A stretch of 64,000 nt of DNA from a bacterium. GTDB taxonomy: Bacteria; UBA8248. The notes under the pieces were generated by a model that worked only from the letters and a program-made list of their open reading frames with translations, made no database searches and was not told the DNA's origin. Positions within the stretch are counted from its first letter, which is position 1; each line of letters begins with the position of its first letter. Position numbers and translations under genes: made by a program. The stretch spans positions 2,848,001 through 2,912,000 of the forward strand of contig OZ242260.1 of NCBI GenBank assembly GCA_965207065.1. The letters run 5' to 3'. Shown piece by piece: positions 59,006 to 64,000 of this stretch.

Positions 59006-60553
59006 ATGAATATGGCGGAGTTTTTGGCCCGGGCGGCCAGTGCCTGTGGCGATCGGCCGGCCATATCTTCGGGCGAGGCGGTTCATTGCACGTATGAGAC
59101 GCTTGCCCGCAGGGCGGGCTCCATGGCGGGTTACCTGCGGGAAGATCTCAAAATGAAGCCCGGAGATCGCGCCGCCATCACGATGAAGAATTGCCCGGCG
59201 TTTCTGGAGGTCCTCTACGCCATATGGCATGCGGGGTGCTGCGCGCTGCCCGTCAATGCAAAACTCCATCCGAAGGAGATGGCTTTCATCCTCGAGAATG
59301 CCGGAGCGCGCTGTTGTTTCGCCACTTCCGACCTCATGGGGACGGTGTCGCCGCTCGTCGATGAAATCGAAAGCCTGGAAAGCGTGATGGAGGTCGATAC
59401 CCCCGAATACCGGGCGATCCAGTCCCGGGAGCCCGTCCCCATCGAACCCCGGGAGCCGGATGACCTGGCCTGGCTCTTCTATACGAGCGGCACGACGGGC
59501 AGGCCGAAGGGCGCGATGCTCACCCACCGGAACCTGCACAGCATGTCCCTGAGCTATTTCGCCGACGTCGACCCGGTCTCCGAGAACGATTGCATCCTGC
59601 ACGCTGCGCCCCTGTCCCACGGCTCGGGCCTGTACGCGATACCACACGTCTATAAGGGCGCGAACAACATCGTTCCCGAGAGCGGGGGGTTCGAGCCCGC
59701 GGAGATTTTCCGTCTGATCGAGGCCTACCCGGGCCTCGCCATTTTCGCGGCGCCCACGATGGTGACGCGACTGATACAGAGCGAAGCCCTCAGGGGTGCG
59801 GATACCACGAATCTCAAGACGGTCGCCTATGGCGGCGGTCCGATGTACCTGGAAGACCTCAAAAAGGCCATGGAGGCTCTGGGGAACAAACTCGTTCAGG
59901 TTTACGGGCAGGGGGAAAGCCCCATGACCATTACGGTCGTCTCCAGGGAACGGCACGTCGACACCGATCACCCGCGCTACGAGGAGCGGCTCGCATCCGT
60001 CGGGGTGCCGCACACCGTGGTCGAAGTGCGCGTGGTGGACGCCGAGGACAACACCCTGCCGCCGGGAGAGACCGGCGAGGTGCTCGTGCGCGGCGACGTC
60101 GTCATGAAGGGCTACTGGAACAACCCCGAGGCCACGGCGAGCGCGCTCAAGGGCGGGTGGCTCCACACGGGCGACGTGGGAGTGATGGATGATGACGGTT
60201 TCCTCACCCTCAAGGATCGCTCCAAGGACCTCATCATCAGCGGTGGGAGCAACATCTATCCCCGCGAGGTGGAGGAAGTGCTGCTCCGCCATGAGGGTGT
60301 TCAGGAGGTCTCCGTCATCGGGCGGCCCCACCCGGATTGGGGGGAGGAGGTCATGGCCTTCGTAGTCTTACAGGATGGAAAGCGGGTGCGTGAGGAAGAA
60401 CTCGACGGCTTGTGTCTCGAACACATCGCGCGCTTCAAGCGCCCCCGATCGTATCGTTTCATCGATGCCTTGCCGAAGAACAATTACGGAAAAGTTCTCA
60501 AGACGGCGCTTCGCGAGATGGCGGAGCGCGAATCCCGGGTAAGCGAAGGATGA
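59006..60553 (+). CDS. Long-chain fatty-acid--CoA ligase family (AMP-binding) protein
   Basis: FYTSGTTGRPKG, YGQGE, WLHTGD, DRSKDLIISGGSNIYPREVE, LPKNNYGK. Confidence 0.93.
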   Translation: MNMAEFLARAASACGDRPAISSGEAVHCTYETLARRAGSMAGYLREDLKMKPGDRAAITMKNCPAFLEVLYAIWHAGCCALPVNAKLHPKEMAFILENAGARCCFATSDLMGTVSPLVDEIESLESVMEVDTPEYRAIQSREPVPIEPREPDDLAWLFYTSGTTGRPKGAMLTHRNLHSMSLSYFADVDPVSENDCILHAAPLSHGSGLYAIPHVYKGANNIVPESGGFEPAEIFRLIEAYPGLAIFAAPTMVTRLIQSEALRGADTTNLKTVAYGGGPMYLEDLKKAMEALGNKLVQVYGQGESPMTITVVSRERHVDTDHPRYEERLASVGVPHTVVEVRVVDAEDNTLPPGETGEVLVRGDVVMKGYWNNPEATASALKGGWLHTGDVGVMDDDGFLTLKDRSKDLIISGGSNIYPREVEEVLLRHEGVQEVSVIGRPHPDWGEEVMAFVVLQDGKRVREEELDGLCLEHIARFKRPRSYRFIDALPKNNYGKVLKTALREMAERESRVSEG

Positions 60554-61932
60554 TGATGAGGGGCGCAGCATCGGGCGCGAATGAGATGAGATTCTCCAGG
60601 CTTCGGCAAGCGTATTCCTCGGGTGAGCAGACGCCTTCGGACGTGGTTCATGAGGTTTATCGGCGAATCGCCGCGCGCAGTGAGGACGGCGTGTGGATTC
60701 ACGTCGAATCCGAGGAAAAATTGCTCGCGCGCGCGGAAGAGTTGGAGGCCAGCAAGGCGGATGCAGGTGAACTCCCCCTTTACGGCATCCCTTTTGCGGT
60801 GAAGGACAACATCGACGTAGCGGGTGTTCCGACCACGGCGGCGTGCCCCGAATACGCCTATACGCCCGAGGAGAGTGCTCCCTGCGTGGAGCTTCTGCTC
60901 GATGCGGGGGCGATTTTCGTCGGAAAGACGAACCTGGATCAGTTCGCGCTGGGCCTCGTCGGCGTGCGCACGCCGTATGGGGTGGCCCGGAATCCGTTTC
61001 ACGCGGACTACGTTCCGGGAGGCTCGAGTTCGGGCTCGGCCGTGGCCGTCGCAGCGGGACTGGTGAGTTTCGCCCTCGGCACGGACACGGCCGGCTCGGG
61101 GCGGGTGCCCGCCGGGTTCAACAACATCGTGGGACTCAAACCCTCGCGGGGACTGGTTAGCACGCGGGGCGTGGTTCCCGCCTGCCGCACGCTTGATTGC
61201 GTCTCGGTCTTTGCTCTCGAGGCTTCGGATGCGCTTTGCGCCCTCGATACGATGGCCGCGCCCGATGGGGATCCGTACAGCCGCGCCCTTCCGGCGGGAG
61301 CGTCTCTGCAAATGGCCGCCGACTTGCCGGAGGGGCTGAATGCTGGCGTGCCGCTTCCTGAACAAAGAGATTTTCTGGGAGATGGTGAAGCGAAAATAGC
61401 CTATGAGAGGGGGATCGAGCGATTCTCTGAGATGGGCGTGGCTGTGCGCGAAGTCGATTTCTCGCCTTTTTTCGAGGCGGCGGGGCTTCTCTATGGCGGC
61501 CCCTGGGTGGCGGAGCGCCTGGCGGCGATTGAAGCGTTTTTTGGAGCGAAGCCGGATGCCCTCCATCCCGTCACGAGAGAGATAATAGCGGGAGCCGCCC
61601 GGTATACGGCTGTCGACGCTTTCCGGGCATTCTATCGCCTGGAGGAACTAAAGCGCGAGGCAAATAAAGTCTGGGAAGATATTGATATTGTGGCGGTTCC
61701 CACGACGCCCACGGTCTACACGATTGACGAGGTGAATGCCGACCCTGTGGCTTTGAACTCGAATCTGGGGACTTACACGAATTTTGTGAATCTTTTGGAT
61801 TTATGCGCAATCGCCATCCCGAATGGTTTTTATGCGAACGGGCTGCCCATCGGGATGACCCTGCTTGCGCCCGCATTCAAGGAGGGATTCTTGTGCGCGG
61901 TGGCGGAGGAGTTTCTGTCGAGGTCGGGTTAA
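60550..61932 (+). CDS. Allophanate hydrolase-like amidase (amidase domain only)
   Basis: PLYGIPFAVKDNID, GKTNLDQFA, GGSSSGSA, GTDTAGSGRVPA, NSNLGTYTNFVNLLD; ends without the AtzF C-terminal domain. Confidence 0.85.
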   Translation: MMMRGAASGANEMRFSRLRQAYSSGEQTPSDVVHEVYRRIAARSEDGVWIHVESEEKLLARAEELEASKADAGELPLYGIPFAVKDNIDVAGVPTTAACPEYAYTPEESAPCVELLLDAGAIFVGKTNLDQFALGLVGVRTPYGVARNPFHADYVPGGSSSGSAVAVAAGLVSFALGTDTAGSGRVPAGFNNIVGLKPSRGLVSTRGVVPACRTLDCVSVFALEASDALCALDTMAAPDGDPYSRALPAGASLQMAADLPEGLNAGVPLPEQRDFLGDGEAKIAYERGIERFSEMGVAVREVDFSPFFEAAGLLYGGPWVAERLAAIEAFFGAKPDALHPVTREIIAGAARYTAVDAFRAFYRLEELKREANKVWEDIDIVAVPTTPTVYTIDEVNADPVALNSNLGTYTNFVNLLDLCAIAIPNGFYANGLPIGMTLLAPAFKEGFLCAVAEEFLSRSG

Positions 61933-61972
61933 AATTGATGAAAACGAGAGAAATTTTAGCGGAGGATATCTG

Positions 61973-62872
61973 ATGAAACGACTGGGTTTTGTAGGCGTGG
62001 GGGCGATGGGCGGTAGGATGGTGCCGCATCTCATCAAAGCGGGCCATGAGGTGGGCGTGGTGGACGTCGGCCGCGAGGCTGTTGAGCGCGCCGTCTCGTA
62101 TGGGGCCGTCGAGGCGTCCGGCCCGGCGGAACTCGCCGCCACGTGCGAGATCGTGCTCACCTCCCTTCCCACGGGCGCCGAGGTGGAAGAGGTCTTCATG
62201 GGCGAGGGCGGCCTCATGGAAGCCGTGGGCGAAGGCGGTTTGCTGGTGGACCTCTCCACCATCGAGCCCGACCAGAGCCGAAAACTCGCCGCCGAGGCGG
62301 CGGAGCGCGGAGCGGTTGCGCTCGATGCGCCCGTCTCCGGCGGGGTGATGGGGGCGGATGCGGCGAGCCTCACCATCATGGTCGGGGGCCCGAAAGAGGC
62401 GTTCGAGACGGCGCAGCCCGTGCTGGCGCTGCTGGGAAAGAACATCATCCACGTCGGGGGGTACGGCGCGGGTCAGGTCGCGAAGCTCTGCAACAATCTC
62501 ATCGCGGGCGTCACCATGGTGGCGGCGGCGGAGGCGTTCGCCATGGGCAAGGCGTCCGGCGTGGACACCAGGATTCTCCACGAGGTGATACGCACGAGCA
62601 GCGGCGGAAGCTGGGTGATGGAGAAAGACCCGCCGTGCCCCGATCTCATCGAGGGCGCGCCTTCGAGCAAGGATTTCGAGGCGGGCTTCACGGTGGACCT
62701 GATGCTCAAGGACATGTCCCTGGCCGTATCCGCCCTCATGTCGCTGGGAATTCCGTGTCCCACCGGCGCGGCCGCGAACCAGGTCTACCGCATGGCTTCG
62801 CGCGATGGTCTGGGGGATCTGGATTTCGCCGCGGTGGCCATGTTGACGGGCGCGGCGGAGCGTCCCCGATGA
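61973..62872 (+). CDS. NAD(P)-dependent beta-hydroxyacid dehydrogenase (3-hydroxyisobutyrate dehydrogenase family)
   Basis: GFVGVGAMG, DLSTI, LDAPVSGG, TIMVGG, AKLCNN, LMLKD. Confidence 0.9.
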   Translation: MKRLGFVGVGAMGGRMVPHLIKAGHEVGVVDVGREAVERAVSYGAVEASGPAELAATCEIVLTSLPTGAEVEEVFMGEGGLMEAVGEGGLLVDLSTIEPDQSRKLAAEAAERGAVALDAPVSGGVMGADAASLTIMVGGPKEAFETAQPVLALLGKNIIHVGGYGAGQVAKLCNNLIAGVTMVAAAEAFAMGKASGVDTRILHEVIRTSSGGSWVMEKDPPCPDLIEGAPSSKDFEAGFTVDLMLKDMSLAVSALMSLGIPCPTGAAANQVYRMASRDGLGDLDFAAVAMLTGAAERPR

Positions 62873-62930
62873 GCGATGTATTGCAGGGATGCGCCCGAGA
62901 ACGAAGCGCCCTGATTGGAGGAATGATCCG

Positions 62931-64000
62931 ATGGAAGAGAGCAATCCGGCCCGACTGACCGCCCTTAGCGCCGCAGAAGCGATACGCGAAGGACGATTGA
63001 CCTCGGAGGAACTCGTCGGGGCGTGCCTGGCCCGCATCGAGGAGCAAGAGGAGCAAATCGGCGCCTGGGAGCATCTGGATAAGGAATTCGCCCTTTCGCA
63101 GGCGAGGGAGGCCGACCTCGCCAGAGGGGAAGGGAAGGCCCTGAGGCCTTTTCACGGTGTTCCCGTCGGAATCAAGGACATCATCGACACCGCCGATTTT
63201 CCGACCGAGAACGGCTCGCCCCTTCACGCGGGCCGCCGGCCCACCGAGGACGCCGCACTCGTGTCCCTGCTCAAGAACGCGGGCGCCGTCATCATGGGCA
63301 AGACCGTGACGACGGAGTTCGCCGTCTATCACCCGGGCAAGACGAAGAACCCCCACGACCCGAACCGCACGCCCGGCGGCTCGTCGAGCGGTTCCGCCGC
63401 TTCCGTCGCCTCCCGCATGGTTCCCGTGGCGGTGGGGAGCCAGACGAACGGTTCCGTGATCCGGCCCGCCTCTTTTTGCGGCGTCTGCGGCTTCAAGCCC
63501 ACCCACGGGTCGATTTCTCGCTACGGCATGCTCCCGCAGTCGAGGCCGATCGATCACGTGGGCCTATTCGCGCGCTCGGTCGAGGACGTCGCCTTCCTGG
63601 GCGATCAGCTGATGGTCTTTGACGGGCGCGACCCGGATATGCGGCATCGCGCGGCCCCGAGACTGCTTGAGACCGCCGCCGCCGAGCCACCGATCACTCC
63701 GCGTTTCGCGTTCGTGAAAACGCCCGTCTGGGATCAGGCCGACCAAGACGCGCAGGCGGCCTTTGAGGAGTTGGCGATACGTCTGGGCGAGGGGATAGTG
63801 GAGGAAGTCGAATTGCCCGAGCCGTTCAACAGCGCGGTCGAGTGGCACCAGATCATCCTGGAATCGAACCTCGCGCGGAACTTCGAGACGGAATACGAAC
63901 GCGGCAAGGACCAGCTGAGCGACCTTCTGCGCCTGATGATGGAACGCGGCAAAAAGTATCTCGCGGTGGATTACACCCGGGCGGTGGAGAAGGTCCCCGT
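62931..64000 (+). CDS. Amidase-signature family protein, 3'-truncated by the window edge (absent from the ORF track)
   Basis: MEESNPARLTALSAAEAIREGRLTSEELV..., GVPVGIKDIIDT, MGKTVTTEFA, TPGGSSSGSAA, GSQTNGSVIRPASFCG; RBS GGAGG. Confidence 0.92.
   Translation, partial: MEESNPARLTALSAAEAIREGRLTSEELVGACLARIEEQEEQIGAWEHLDKEFALSQAREADLARGEGKALRPFHGVPVGIKDIIDTADFPTENGSPLHAGRRPTEDAALVSLLKNAGAVIMGKTVTTEFAVYHPGKTKNPHDPNRTPGGSSSGSAASVASRMVPVAVGSQTNGSVIRPASFCGVCGFKPTHGSISRYGMLPQSRPIDHVGLFARSVEDVAFLGDQLMVFDGRDPDMRHRAAPRLLETAAAEPPITPRFAFVKTPVWDQADQDAQAAFEELAIRLGEGIVEEVELPEPFNSAVEWHQIILESNLARNFETEYERGKDQLSDLLRLMMERGKKYLAVDYTRAVEKVP

Overview
Bacterial genomic window, mostly high-GC with a lower-GC left end (~1-8.6 kb). 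Gene content looks like a Nitrospinota/Tectomicrobia-like or deltaproteobacterial-type heterotroph; this taxonomy is an impression only. Core content: queF, a xanthine-dehydrogenase-family Mo subunit, tRNA-Ala(CGC), class II ribonucleotide reductase nrdJ, lpdA, an acyl-CoA dehydrogenase, a FadF/HdrD-like Fe-S protein, a dpp/opp ABC transporter, dacB, recJ, moaD-moaE, a liv-type ABC transporter with three tandem binding-protein paralogues, the trpFBA-leuCDB-asd-mtnP-hemL-ftsB operon, initiator tRNA-Met and a catabolic cluster (aminotransferase III, CoA ligase, two amidases). An accessory islet (~10-14 kb) holds mazEF, a DUF5131 gene with a truncated tcmP-like partner, a DUF5678-like/aspartyl protease pair and dinJ with a dead yafQ. 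Two results are not visible in the ORF track. (1) Three tandem two-hairpin RNA units lie directly downstream of nrdJ, with an invariant 20-nt loop, fully covarying stems and G-U pairs that point to the minus strand. (2) Two genes are split by an in-frame UGA inside redox motifs (CxxU in an AhpD/CMD-like protein, UxxC in an exported peroxiredoxin-like protein); each is followed by a SECIS-like hairpin with its loop G at the same +22 position, so both are probable selenoproteins.
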